Notes: a model not told the origin generated them from the letters alone. Positions 27,313 to 36,357 are shown, counted from the stretch's first letter. The stretch: 64,000 nt of DNA from Coriobacteriia bacterium (GCA_009783085.1 WRHU01000002.1:138019-202018); one strand, 5' to 3'. A program made the numbers and translations.

Positions 27313-29868
27313 CTAGTATGCTTCCTCAAGATTGGTACTGGCAGCGGCATCATCGGCAAGTGAGGCAAAGCGTTTTTCTTGAAAGCGATCGAGCGCTACA
27401 GCAGCAATCATCGCTGCGTTGTCGGTACAGGCAACCTCGGCAGGTGCTATGACCTTGATGCCTTGGGCTTCCATGGCCTCTTTGTAGGCAAAACGCAGCG
27501 CCTTGTTGGCAGCAACACCACCGCCAAGACAAAACACCTTTGCTTTTGTTTCTTTGAGCGCAGCAAGAGCCTTGGCAACCTGCACGTCAATAACTGCTCG
27601 TTCAAAAGAAGCGGCAAGATCTGGCACGTTAATCTCGCGCCCCGCCTCTTGCTCTTGTTTGATATAAGTAACCACTGCCGTTTTAAGCCCACTTAACGAG
27701 AAGTCAAAATCTCCGCTGTTAATCAACGCCCGCGGAAACTCTATCGCAGCAGGATTGCCCTGCTCGGCAAGGGTTGAAAGAATAGGGCCACCCGGATAAC
27801 CGAGTCCTAGCGCCTTTGCAACTTTGTCAAACGCCTCGCCCACCGCATCGTCAAGCGTTTGCCCCAACACCTCGTAATCTCCCCATTTGCGCACGTGAAC
27901 AAGCATGGTATTACCGCCGCTCAAAAGAGCAATAATAAAAGGTGGTTTGAGTTTGGGGTTGTCAAGGCGGTTCGAATAAATGTGCCCCTCAAGATGATTG
28001 ATCTTGATGAGCGGCTTATCAAGCGCCCAGCTGAGGCCCTTAGCAAACGCAAGCCCTACCACCAGCGCTCCAATGAGTCCGGGGGCATAGGTGACGGCAA
28101 TGGCGTCGATGGCGTCTTTGTCAATGCCGGTGTTTGCGTTGTTGGTGTTTGTTTCGCTGGCGCCTACAATACCGCCATCTGCCAACGCTGCGTCAACTAC
28201 GCTCACAATGTTTTCTGTGTGCTTGCGTGAGGCAATTTCGGGAACAACGCCACCAAAACGTGCGTGGAAATCCACCTGACTCGCAATGATGTTGGAAAGC
28301 ACCTGTCCGCTTCCGTCTATGACTGCTGCTGCTGTTTCATCACACGAGGTTTCGATGGCAAGAATATGCGGCGAGCTCTGCTTTTTTATTGCAGCTCGAG
28401 CTTCCTGTGCCGTATCTTTCGTTGTTCCGCCACCAGCAGCACCTGCCAATGCTTCGTCACCAGCAGCACCTGTCGATACTCCGCCAGAGCTCACCAGAAC
28501 CGACACGTCTTTCGACGAGAGAATAAGCGCGTCCTCACGCTCACCCTCTGCGCACCGAGGAGCATAATAATGAGGACGTATGCCCTCTTGCTCCAAGCCA
28601 AGTGCGGCATAAAACGCCTGCGCACCCTCATTAGAAATACGTACTTCAAGCGTGGTGGAAGTAGCACCGAGCGCAGCGGCGTCCTCAATAAGACGAAGCA
28701 TGAGCCCACGCCCAACGCCCTGTCGGCGATAGGCTGGCTCAACGGCAATATCCAAAACGTGCAGCTGCCCGTCAACAACCCAGCCACCCACAAATCCTAC
28801 CAGCGCATTGTTCTTATAAGCAACCCACCAGCTGCGGTCGGGTCGCGGAAGCTCGTCGGCAAACATTGCCTGTGTCCAACATTCTCCAGATGTTACCGAG
28901 GCTGGGGAGGTCGCCGTTGCGCCGTCCGAACTAGCTGCTACTGAACACTCCGCCCCCACCTCAGCAGAAAATACTTTCGTTTCTAGAGCAACCACTTGTT
29001 CAAGATCGCTTGTTGCCATGGGGCGATAGATAATTTGCTCGGCAAGCGCAGGGTCGGCAACGCCACTTTGGGGAACCTCAACAAGCGCACCTTGTGCAAT
29101 GGCGCCGTCATCTGCGAGGCGCTTGCGTTCGTTTTCCTCGGCATCAGAAAGTCGAGTGTAAATAGGGAGAAGCGCCGCGGGCTCTCCAGCCAAACAAGCG
29201 TTTTCAGAAAAGTCAGCGTCGCCCTCAAGTGCCATTTCGCCCCGTTTTCTTGCTGCCCAAAACTCCTGCAGCAAGCCTTGTCCCGTAGGAATCCATTGTG
29301 CCTCTGACACAAAGCTCAATGCCACGCCAAACATGAAAGTTTCAAAATAGTTGCGCAGTCCGTCTCCGGCAAGAATGAGCGGCTCGCCAGCCTTATTCCA
29401 TAGCTCTGCCACCGCCTCGGCCTTGGCAACCGTGTGTGCGTCACGCCGAATGACACCGGCATCGGTAAGGTTAAAACGAGCCGGATAAACCTCGCTGCGC
29501 AGGGCATCGGTTACCACGCCCAGCACACCACGAATGCCCGTTTGATGCGCATTCCACGCAATAGATTCCATCGTTGAAACACCAAAAAGCGGCACACCAA
29601 GACCACGAGCTATGCCTTTTGCCGTAGAAATTGCAATGCGCACGCCCGTAAACGAGCCCGGCCCACGCCCACACACCACGCAGGCGATGTCTTTTTTGTC
29701 GAGCTTGTTTGCGGAAAACAGGGCATCAACAGAGGGCATAAGCTGCACGTTTGCCTCGCGACGGGCAGGGTGATTGTCTGCGGCTATAAGATGGCCGTTA
29801 AGCGTACCTACGGCAAGTGCAATGTGTTCGCTAGCGGTGTCAAAAGCAAGAACGAGATTTTTACTCAT
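27313..29868 (-). CDS. tsaB-rimI-tsaD: Triple fusion TsaB + RimI (GNAT acetyltransferase) + TsaD (t6A37 synthesis)
   Basis: TsaB: LVLAFDTASEHIALAVG...GPGSFTGVRI. GNAT: LDIAVEPAYRRQGVGRGLM. TsaD: ILAIETSCDETAAAV...SRKHTENI...GGGVAANKALR. It is one uninterrupted ORF. GGAGGA lies 8 nt before the ATG at 29868; the track starts at a GTG at 29916. Confidence 0.9.
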   Translation of the reverse strand: MSKNLVLAFDTASEHIALAVGTLNGHLIAADNHPARREANVQLMPSVDALFSANKLDKKDIACVVCGRGPGSFTGVRIAISTAKGIARGLGVPLFGVSTMESIAWNAHQTGIRGVLGVVTDALRSEVYPARFNLTDAGVIRRDAHTVAKAEAVAELWNKAGEPLILAGDGLRNYFETFMFGVALSFVSEAQWIPTGQGLLQEFWAARKRGEMALEGDADFSENACLAGEPAALLPIYTRLSDAEENERKRLADDGAIAQGALVEVPQSGVADPALAEQIIYRPMATSDLEQVVALETKVFSAEVGAECSVAASSDGATATSPASVTSGECWTQAMFADELPRPDRSWWVAYKNNALVGFVGGWVVDGQLHVLDIAVEPAYRRQGVGRGLMLRLIEDAAALGATSTTLEVRISNEGAQAFYAALGLEQEGIRPHYYAPRCAEGEREDALILSSKDVSVLVSSGGVSTGAAGDEALAGAAGGGTTKDTAQEARAAIKKQSSPHILAIETSCDETAAAVIDGSGQVLSNIIASQVDFHARFGGVVPEIASRKHTENIVSVVDAALADGGIVGASETNTNNANTGIDKDAIDAIAVTYAPGLIGALVVGLAFAKGLSWALDKPLIKINHLEGHIYSNRLDNPKLKPPFIIALLSGGNTMLVHVRKWGDYEVLGQTLDDAVGEAFDKVAKALGLGYPGGPILSTLAEQGNPAAIEFPRALINSGDFDFSLSGLKTAVVTYIKQEQEAGREINVPDLAASFERAVIDVQVAKALAALKETKAKVFCLGGGVAANKALRFAYKEAMEAQGIKVIAPAEVACTDNAAMIAAVALDRFQEKRFASLADDAAASTNLEEAY

Positions 29869-29883
29869 GAGAAAATCCTCCTC

Positions 29884-29938
29884 AGTTCCTTTGCGGTTCC
29901 TTTGTGGTTCCTTCACGGCTCCCTTGTGGTTCTTTATG
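29884..29938. repeat. 11-bp x5 tandem repeat filling the tsaE-tsaB spacer
   Basis: Plus-strand units: agttcctttgc ggttcctttgt ggttccttcac ggctcccttgt ggttctttatg. The last unit contains the tsaE stop codon. Confidence 0.9.
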
Positions 29939-30530
29939 AAGCGCTGCTCGGGTCGTTGGGCTGCGCCTCGAGCCTTTCTTTTAGCTGTGTAGCACGTATA
30001 CCAAAGGGGCGCACGGTTATATTGCGAGTGGTAATTGGTGCTGGCGGTGTCGCTTCTCCGAGCTCCGCTGCCCCACCCAAATCAAGCTCTCGGGCATTTC
30101 CGTTCAAGCCAAGCTCTCGGGCATTTCCGCTCAAGTCAAGATCCAGAGAAACCTCAAGATAGTCCTCGGGCAGCGCCTGAGAAAACTTATCGCCCCACTC
30201 AACCAAACTTATCGCATCGCTTTCCAAACAGCCAAAATAGTCGATATCATCGAGCTGCTCAGCCGCCTCAAGCCGGTATAAGTCAAAGTGTTGTAGGGTT
30301 TTATCCGCAGCTTTATACACCAACATAAGATTAAACGTTGGGCTTGTTATGGGCTCCGTTATGCCGAGCCCCTGTGCAATACCTTTTGCAAGCTGAGTTT
30401 TGCCTGCGCCTAAATCTCCCGTAAGGATAATGATGTCGCCTGCCTGCACCAAACGCCCCAACTCAACACCAAAAGCAAACGTTTCCTCGGCGCTCTGCGT
30501 CATTACTCGATAGCCAGCTCCAGATGTCAT
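29934..30530 (-). CDS. tsaE: tRNA t6A37 synthesis ATPase TsaE with C-terminal extension
   Basis: Walker A GDLGAGKTQLAKG. About 60 extra C-terminal residues include GNAREL(G/D)L x2. The start overlaps the udg stop by 4 nt. Confidence 0.9.
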   Translation of the reverse strand: MTSGAGYRVMTQSAEETFAFGVELGRLVQAGDIIILTGDLGAGKTQLAKGIAQGLGITEPITSPTFNLMLVYKAADKTLQHFDLYRLEAAEQLDDIDYFGCLESDAISLVEWGDKFSQALPEDYLEVSLDLDLSGNARELGLNGNARELDLGGAAELGEATPPAPITTRNITVRPFGIRATQLKERLEAQPNDPSSAS

Positions 30531-31114
30531 GGTGTGAGCTCCTTGCGCCTTTTGGCAATCAGCGCCCCCAAAAGCTCAAAGTCGCGCTCCATTACCTCTT
30601 TTTTGCTAGGATCATACAAAGCTGCTGCAGGGTGATAAATAGGCAACACGCTAAAGCGTCCCGTCAAATGAACTTGCCCCCGCAAATTGCTTATGCCCAC
30701 GTCGGTTTTGAGAATGAACTGTGTCGCAAAACGTCCCAGCGTAACCAGCACCAAAGGATTGACCGCGCGCACCTGGTCACGCAAAAACGGAGAGCATATT
30801 TCTATCTCTGAAGGGAGAGGGTCGCGGTTGTTGGGCGGACGACACTTGAGCACGTTGGCGATAAATATTTCCTCACGGGTAAGTCCTGCCACCTCAAGCA
30901 GAGAATTGAGCAGCTTGCCTGCCGCTCCTATAAAAGGCTCGGCACCTAAATCTTCTTGCTTGCCCGGTGCTTCCCCAATAAACATGACCTCTGCCTGCGG
31001 ATTGCCCACGCCAAACACAATGGTCGTGCGCGTTTCGCAAAGCTCGCAACGACGGCACTCGCCAAGCTGCTCGCGAACCGCCTCAAGCGTTATCTTATCC
31101 GTACGTTTGTCCAT
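30527..31114 (-). CDS. Uracil-DNA glycosylase, family 4
   Basis: CRRCELC iron-sulfur cysteines and the GEAPGKQED motif. Confidence 0.9.
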   Translation of the reverse strand: MDKRTDKITLEAVREQLGECRRCELCETRTTIVFGVGNPQAEVMFIGEAPGKQEDLGAEPFIGAAGKLLNSLLEVAGLTREEIFIANVLKCRPPNNRDPLPSEIEICSPFLRDQVRAVNPLVLVTLGRFATQFILKTDVGISNLRGQVHLTGRFSVLPIYHPAAALYDPSKKEVMERDFELLGALIAKRRKELTP

Positions 31115-31123
31115 GTAACCTGC

Positions 31124-32662
31124 TTAGTCGCCGCCTAAGTACCTTCTGCCAAGCCGCATGCCAAACCTACAGGCAAGATCGTAGTTGATAGTGCCGAGCG
31201 CACGCGCCATGTCATCAAGTGTAATTTCAAGCGCTCCGCTGCGACCAATAATAACCACCTCATCGCCAATAATGATGTCTTGTCGCGGCTTAAGCGGCGT
31301 AGAGCGCAGGTCAATCTCAAACATACAGGCGTCCATACAAATAGTTCCCACCTGCGGATACGCCCTGCCGTCCACCAACACGTCCATACGGTTAGACAAA
31401 ACGCGCGAAAGTCCGTCGGCATACCCAAGAGGAATGGTGCCAACAAGCACGTTGCCCGGCGAGCGATAGGTAAAGCCGTAGCTCACTCCCTCTCCCACGG
31501 GCACTTGTTTAAGCTGCGTAATGCGAGCTCGCACGCTCATCGCCGGCTTAAGCGCAATAAGATCATTGGTAATCTCGCTCGTGTGCAAGCCATACAGCGC
31601 AATGCCCGGGCGCACCATGTCAAAGTGCGTTTCCTTAAAACGAATAAGTGCTGCGGAATTGGCAGCGTGCACAATGCCGGGGCTTATCCCCATATAGCGA
31701 ATGTTTTCGAGCGCCTGATTAAAATACTCAAGCTGACGGCGAACATCAAGCGTATCGTGAGCATCTGAGGTCGCAAAGTGGGTAAACACGCCGTGCAGCT
31801 CAAGCCCCCGATGAAAATCAACCGTACGCAAAAAATCTCCAGCGTCGCTGTAATGTACGCCATGACGGTTCATGCCCGTGTCAATTTTAAGATGGTAGAG
31901 TGCCGCCGTATCTTGGGCGTCGGCCGCCTCGCCAAGCGCAAGCGCAAACTCCGTTGTTTGAACGGTGGTAATAAGGTCGTAATCTAAAATAAGCGGAATA
32001 GATTCATGCGGAGGCTCAACGAGTACCAAAGTTGGAGCGTCTATGCCCGCCTCACGAAGCTCAACGCCTTCTTGCACGGTAGCCACGCCAAGATAACTTG
32101 CGCCACTTGAAAGTGCAGCACGAGCGGTGGCAACAGCCCCGTGTCCGTACCCTTGGGCTTTGACGACCGCCATAATGTGTACGTCAGAGCCAATATGCTT
32201 ACGAATTGACTTGGTATTAAAACTAATGGCATCGAGGTCAACGTCTGCCCAAGCCCAGCGAAGCCCTGGTGCGTTTATACCCTCAAAATCGAGGTCAGAG
32301 GAGTGAGAGTCGCTTTTTGAGCCACGGGCTTTGGCAACAGCATTTGCCTCGGCGGCATCAGCGCCAGCATCAACGGCAGCGCCTAATGCGTCAAGCTCCT
32401 CAAAGGGGTCATCAAAAAAGGGGGCGTTAAGCTGGGTGCCCTGACGGCTATCGAGGTCGCTTTCTTGCGGTACGCCCCATTGTGTGCTGCGAGTTGCGCC
32501 GCGGGTTGTGCCGCTTGTTGCTCCTCGGGTTGTGCCGCTCGTTGCGCTGCGTGTTGAGGTTCGTGATGCGCTCTTTTGGGTGCTTTTCTTGCCACCCGCC
32601 GAACCACTGCCAGACGGACGCTCGGGCTCTTTTCCTCCCTTTATTACCTTGAACTGACTCAC
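31124..32662 (-). CDS. alr: Alanine racemase with N-terminal low-complexity extension of about 130 aa
   Basis: PLP-lysine motif AVVKAQGYGHG. The canonical domain starts near LRWAWADVDLDAI. Confidence 0.93.
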   Translation of the reverse strand: MSQFKVIKGGKEPERPSGSGSAGGKKSTQKSASRTSTRSATSGTTRGATSGTTRGATRSTQWGVPQESDLDSRQGTQLNAPFFDDPFEELDALGAAVDAGADAAEANAVAKARGSKSDSHSSDLDFEGINAPGLRWAWADVDLDAISFNTKSIRKHIGSDVHIMAVVKAQGYGHGAVATARAALSSGASYLGVATVQEGVELREAGIDAPTLVLVEPPHESIPLILDYDLITTVQTTEFALALGEAADAQDTAALYHLKIDTGMNRHGVHYSDAGDFLRTVDFHRGLELHGVFTHFATSDAHDTLDVRRQLEYFNQALENIRYMGISPGIVHAANSAALIRFKETHFDMVRPGIALYGLHTSEITNDLIALKPAMSVRARITQLKQVPVGEGVSYGFTYRSPGNVLVGTIPLGYADGLSRVLSNRMDVLVDGRAYPQVGTICMDACMFEIDLRSTPLKPRQDIIIGDEVVIIGRSGALEITLDDMARALGTINYDLACRFGMRLGRRYLGGD

Positions 32663-32755
32663 GTGCTGCTCCTCAAAACGGTCTTTGTTTTATCTCGCTT
32701 TTATTTTGCGCGTATCGGTTCTTTTTGAGCACTTTTCTTGCTCTCTCATAGTGTA

Positions 32756-33730
32756 TCACGCAGACATAACTTGCAGGGCAAAAGAAATCTCGTTTAGGAG
32801 GTCTTCGGCAACAACGCTGCGTCTTCCTTGGCTTGTTTCGGCAGCAATTCCCGCTCGAGCATGAATAATAACGCCCAGCCAAGCTGCTTCAAACGGTTCC
32901 ATTCCCTGAGCCAAAAGTCCTCCAATAATGCCGCCTAAAACATCTCCCGTTCCTGCTTTGGCAAGCGCGGGCGTTCCTTCGGTGCATATTTCTGTGCGAG
33001 TGCCATCGGTGATGGTGGTGTTGGGGCCTTTTGCAACAACTACTGCGCCGAGTTTTTGTGCCAGCTCCTCAGCGGTTCTGCACGACGTTGCCTTAAGCAG
33101 GCGTTCAAGCTCTCCGGCGTGAGGCGTTAGGATAGGTTTTGGGGTTTCACGTGGACGTACTGCAGCCAGTGACGCTGCGGCCGGTTGTGCTGCGACCAGT
33201 TGTGTTGCGGCCGGTGACGCTGTGGTCAAGAGAGCGTCGCAAAGGGTGCTGCAAAGTGCGTCGGCGTCGAGCACAAGGGGCACCTTTGCCTCCGCAGCCC
33301 ACGCCTGCACGGCACCAACAAAAGCCTGAGTTTCGTTGGTGGCACCCATTCCCGGGCCAAGCACAACAGCGTCTATATGTTTGACCTCGCTCAAAATGCC
33401 TTGAAGCGCATCTGCAGCAAAAGCTCCCTCTTTTTCTAAACCACCAACAACGGGAATAGAAAGCAGATGGCTTTGCGCCACAGGAACAACGGAGAAAGGC
33501 ACGGCAAGCGTTACGTAACCGGCTCCTGTGCGTGCTGCAGCCCATACAGCTAAAATGGGCGCTCCAACAAAACGGGCGCTGCCGCCTGTCACCAAAAGCG
33601 AGCCTCGCGTGTATTTGTGTGCATCAGCTGGAATCGCGGGAAGCGCAGGAAGATTAGAGGCTTGCGGGTTCCTGGAGGCTTTGGGGCTCTTGAGGTTCTT
33701 GGGTATCTTGGGAGGCTTCATCGGAATCAT
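32756..33730 (-). CDS. nnrD: ADP-dependent NAD(P)H-hydrate dehydratase (YjeF C-terminal domain only)
   Basis: HKYTRGSLLVTGGS...GAPILA and GTGDVLGGIIGG motifs. The only start codons (33730 and 33721) lie inside acpS. Confidence 0.88.
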   Translation of the reverse strand: MIPMKPPKIPKNLKSPKASRNPQASNLPALPAIPADAHKYTRGSLLVTGGSARFVGAPILAVWAAARTGAGYVTLAVPFSVVPVAQSHLLSIPVVGGLEKEGAFAADALQGILSEVKHIDAVVLGPGMGATNETQAFVGAVQAWAAEAKVPLVLDADALCSTLCDALLTTASPAATQLVAAQPAAASLAAVRPRETPKPILTPHAGELERLLKATSCRTAEELAQKLGAVVVAKGPNTTITDGTRTEICTEGTPALAKAGTGDVLGGIIGGLLAQGMEPFEAAWLGVIIHARAGIAAETSQGRRSVVAEDLLNEISFALQVMSA

Positions 33731-34280
33731 ACTCCTTTAAGCGAGCGTCCATGTCATCGAGCATGGCACGCATCTCTTTGAACTGTCGGGTGAGCTCCTC
33801 GCGCGGATCAAGGTTTTCCTCCTTGCGCGGACGATGTTCCTCTTTGATAGCAACCGCCGAAGCCACGCCTACCTGATGCGTGTAAGAAAGCGAGAGCTGA
33901 ACCTCAACAACACCCTGATTGTCTGCGACTTCTTGGGCATGACCATGCAAGACGGCAAGGGGCTTGCCGTGACGATCGTGAACAACTTCAACGTCGGTAA
34001 ACCTCATGCCAGAAAATCCCGTGCCAAGCGCCTTGAGCACGGCTTCTTTAGCGGCAAAAAACAGGGCAAAGTGGGTTGCCGGGTGTGCTTTGGCCTGTGC
34101 ATACGCACGTTCCTCATCGCTAAAAATCCGCTGAACAATGCGTGGCGTACGCTCGATGGCACGCTCCATGCGGTCAATTTCAATAATGTCAACGCCGAGC
34201 CCTGCAAGCGTTGATGCGCCAACACCAAGTCGCTGTACTGAGCGCAGAGTTTGTTCTGTTTGTTTTGACCTTCGTGCCAC
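33654..34280 (-). CDS. acpS: Holo-[acyl-carrier-protein] synthase with N- and C-terminal extensions
   Basis: GLGVDIIEIDRMERAI...FSDEERAY...FAAKEAVLKALGTG. The N-terminal limit (GTG at 34280) is uncertain. Confidence 0.85.
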   Translation of the reverse strand: MARRSKQTEQTLRSVQRLGVGASTLAGLGVDIIEIDRMERAIERTPRIVQRIFSDEERAYAQAKAHPATHFALFFAAKEAVLKALGTGFSGMRFTDVEVVHDRHGKPLAVLHGHAQEVADNQGVVEVQLSLSYTHQVGVASAVAIKEEHRPRKEENLDPREELTRQFKEMRAMLDDMDARLKEYDSDEASQDTQEPQEPQSLQEPASL

Positions 34281-34298
34281 GTGTGCGTCGTTTCCTTT

Positions 34299-34374
34299 CG
34301 TAAAGTTATTCCACGGTCGTAAAGTTACTCCACGGTCGTAAAGCTATTCCACCGTCGTAAAGTTATTCCACCGT
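34299..34374. repeat. 19-bp x4 tandem repeat spanning the glmS stop codon
   Basis: Units: cgtaaagttattccacggt, cgtaaagttactccacggt, cgtaaagctattccaccgt, cgtaaagttattccaccgt. The last copy holds the glmS codons T-V-E-stop. Confidence 0.95.
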
Positions 34375-36270
34375 CACCGATTTTGCCAAGTTACGTGGCT
34401 GATCCACATCGCAGCCCCGTGCAAGCGCAATAAAGCGAGCAAAAAGCTGAAGGGGCACGCTTGCCACCAGGGGGCTTACGTGTTCGGCTACTGCTGGAAC
34501 ATACATAACGTGTTCGGTCAGCTCGGCGATGCGCTCGTCACCTTCGGTAGCCAAGGCAATAACCTTAGCTCCACGTGCTAAAACTTCCTCGATGTTTGCA
34601 ACCATTTTATCGTAGGTAGCACTTTGAAGAGCAAGGGAAATAACCGGTGTTTGAAGACTCGGGTCTTCCAAGCCAGCCGGTTCAATAAGAGCTATGGGGC
34701 CATGTTTTATCTCGCCAGCACTGTACGCCTCAGCGTGCAAGTAGCTAATTTCTTTGAGCTTGAGCGCTCCTTCGTAGCACGTTGTTGCTCCAACCCCACG
34801 CCCAATAAACAGAGCCGTATGTGCGCCAACGCATTCAGCAGCGCAGCGCTCGATGGCTGATGTATCCGCAAGTACCTGCTCGACAGCCTGAGGTACTTCG
34901 CTCATTTGGTTGTACGCCTCAGCGATAAACTCAGCAGAAATTGTTTTACGTTGTTGCCCCAGATAGAGCGCAAAAAGCGTTAGCAGAGCAACCTGGGCAA
35001 GGAAGGATTTTGTCGCCGCAACAGAAATCTCAAGCTCAGCCTTAATGTAGAGCACCGTGTTTGCCTCAAGCGTAATGCGCGAGCCTAAGGTATTGGTTAT
35101 CGCAAGCACATACGCTCCCGCACGGCGCGCAAGCTTAACCGCCTCAAGCGTATCGGCTGTTTCGCCACTTTGCGAAATTGCGATGACCAGCGTTTTGCTC
35201 GTTACAATAGGGTCGCGATACCTAAACTCGCTGGCAACCTCAACATCTACGGGAATGCGCCCCCAAGCCTCCATATGATATTTGCCGATAAGCCCTGCGT
35301 GGTACGAGGTTCCGCAGGCAACAATGCATACCCGCTCAATTTCTCTCAAATCAACGGCGGAGGCAGGCAACTCCTCAAAAAGAATGTTTTTGGTTTTCTC
35401 GTCAAAACGCCCGGCAATGGTATCTCGAATAACCCGGGGCTGCTCGTGTATTTCTTTGTGCATAAAATCAGGGTGACCGCCCCGCTCGGCAGCCTCAAGC
35501 GTCCACTCCACATGGATTTGCTGTGGAACATACGCGATGCCCGCTGGATCAAAACATTCGATGTCGCCATTGCTGTGCAAAATGGCAAGGTCGCGGTCAT
35601 TGAGATAGATGACATCGCGAGTGTGCTCGATAAGCGCCGGTATGTCTGAGGCAGCGATGGCACCGTCGGCACATGAACCCAAAGCAAGCGGTGAGTCGTT
35701 GCGCGAAACAATAATGGTATCAGGGTAGTCGGCATGGATAACTGCCAGCGCAAACGAGCCTGAAAGCTGGGTGATTGCCCTGCGAACGGCTTCCGCCAAA
35801 AGGTCGGTGTTGGTTTGACTCGTGTCGGTTTGGGCAGTGTCGTTTTGGGCGGCGGCCTCAAACTCCTGCTCAATAAGATGCGCAACTACCTCAGTGTCGG
35901 TACGAGAGGTAAAGCGGTGCCCTGTTTGTTCAAGTTTTTCGTGAAGCTGGGCGTGATTTTCAATGATGCCATTATGAACAACAGCTATTTTGCCTGAACA
36001 ATCGCGGTGGGGGTGGGCGTTTTCCTCACTTGGCACACCATGCGTAGCCCAGCGTGTATGCCCAATGCCCGTTGTTCCTTGAGGCTTGCTCTCGTCAATA
36101 GCTCCTTGAAGCTCAGCAACTTTGCCCTTACGGCGAAGGGTCGCAAGCTCACCGTCTTGTATCAGAGCAATTCCTGCGCTGTCATACCCCCGATACTCAA
36201 GACGAGCAAGCCCGCCCATGAGGATTGAAACAGCATCGCGTTTTCCTGTAAATGAAACAATACCGCACAT
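34363..36270 (-). CDS. glmS: Glutamine--fructose-6-phosphate aminotransferase
   Basis: N-terminal MCGIV nucleophile, two SIS domains, C-terminal KSVTVE. Confidence 0.97.
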   Translation of the reverse strand: MCGIVSFTGKRDAVSILMGGLARLEYRGYDSAGIALIQDGELATLRRKGKVAELQGAIDESKPQGTTGIGHTRWATHGVPSEENAHPHRDCSGKIAVVHNGIIENHAQLHEKLEQTGHRFTSRTDTEVVAHLIEQEFEAAAQNDTAQTDTSQTNTDLLAEAVRRAITQLSGSFALAVIHADYPDTIIVSRNDSPLALGSCADGAIAASDIPALIEHTRDVIYLNDRDLAILHSNGDIECFDPAGIAYVPQQIHVEWTLEAAERGGHPDFMHKEIHEQPRVIRDTIAGRFDEKTKNILFEELPASAVDLREIERVCIVACGTSYHAGLIGKYHMEAWGRIPVDVEVASEFRYRDPIVTSKTLVIAISQSGETADTLEAVKLARRAGAYVLAITNTLGSRITLEANTVLYIKAELEISVAATKSFLAQVALLTLFALYLGQQRKTISAEFIAEAYNQMSEVPQAVEQVLADTSAIERCAAECVGAHTALFIGRGVGATTCYEGALKLKEISYLHAEAYSAGEIKHGPIALIEPAGLEDPSLQTPVISLALQSATYDKMVANIEEVLARGAKVIALATEGDERIAELTEHVMYVPAVAEHVSPLVASVPLQLFARFIALARGCDVDQPRNLAKSVTVE

Positions 36271-36280
36271 ATTTTGCCTA

Positions 36281-36357
36281 TTCTGCTCGTTTTACCTGCA
36301 TTGCCACTAACTATACCTGTATTACCACTAACTTTATCTGCGCTGCCTTTAACTGCA
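36281..36357. repeat. 21-bp tandem repeat (2 good + 1-2 degenerate copies) in the glmS 5' UTR
   Basis: cctgcattgccactaactata (36295-36315), cctgtattaccactaacttta (36316-36336), tctgcgctgcctttaactgca (36337-36357). The array lies between a TATAAT (36384-36379, minus strand) and the start codon at 36270. Confidence 0.85.

Noticed and set aside
34299-36357. CRISPR array
   Set aside because: All repeat arrays in the window are head-to-tail tandem repeats without unique spacers, with at most 7 units of at most 41 bp. No cas genes are present.
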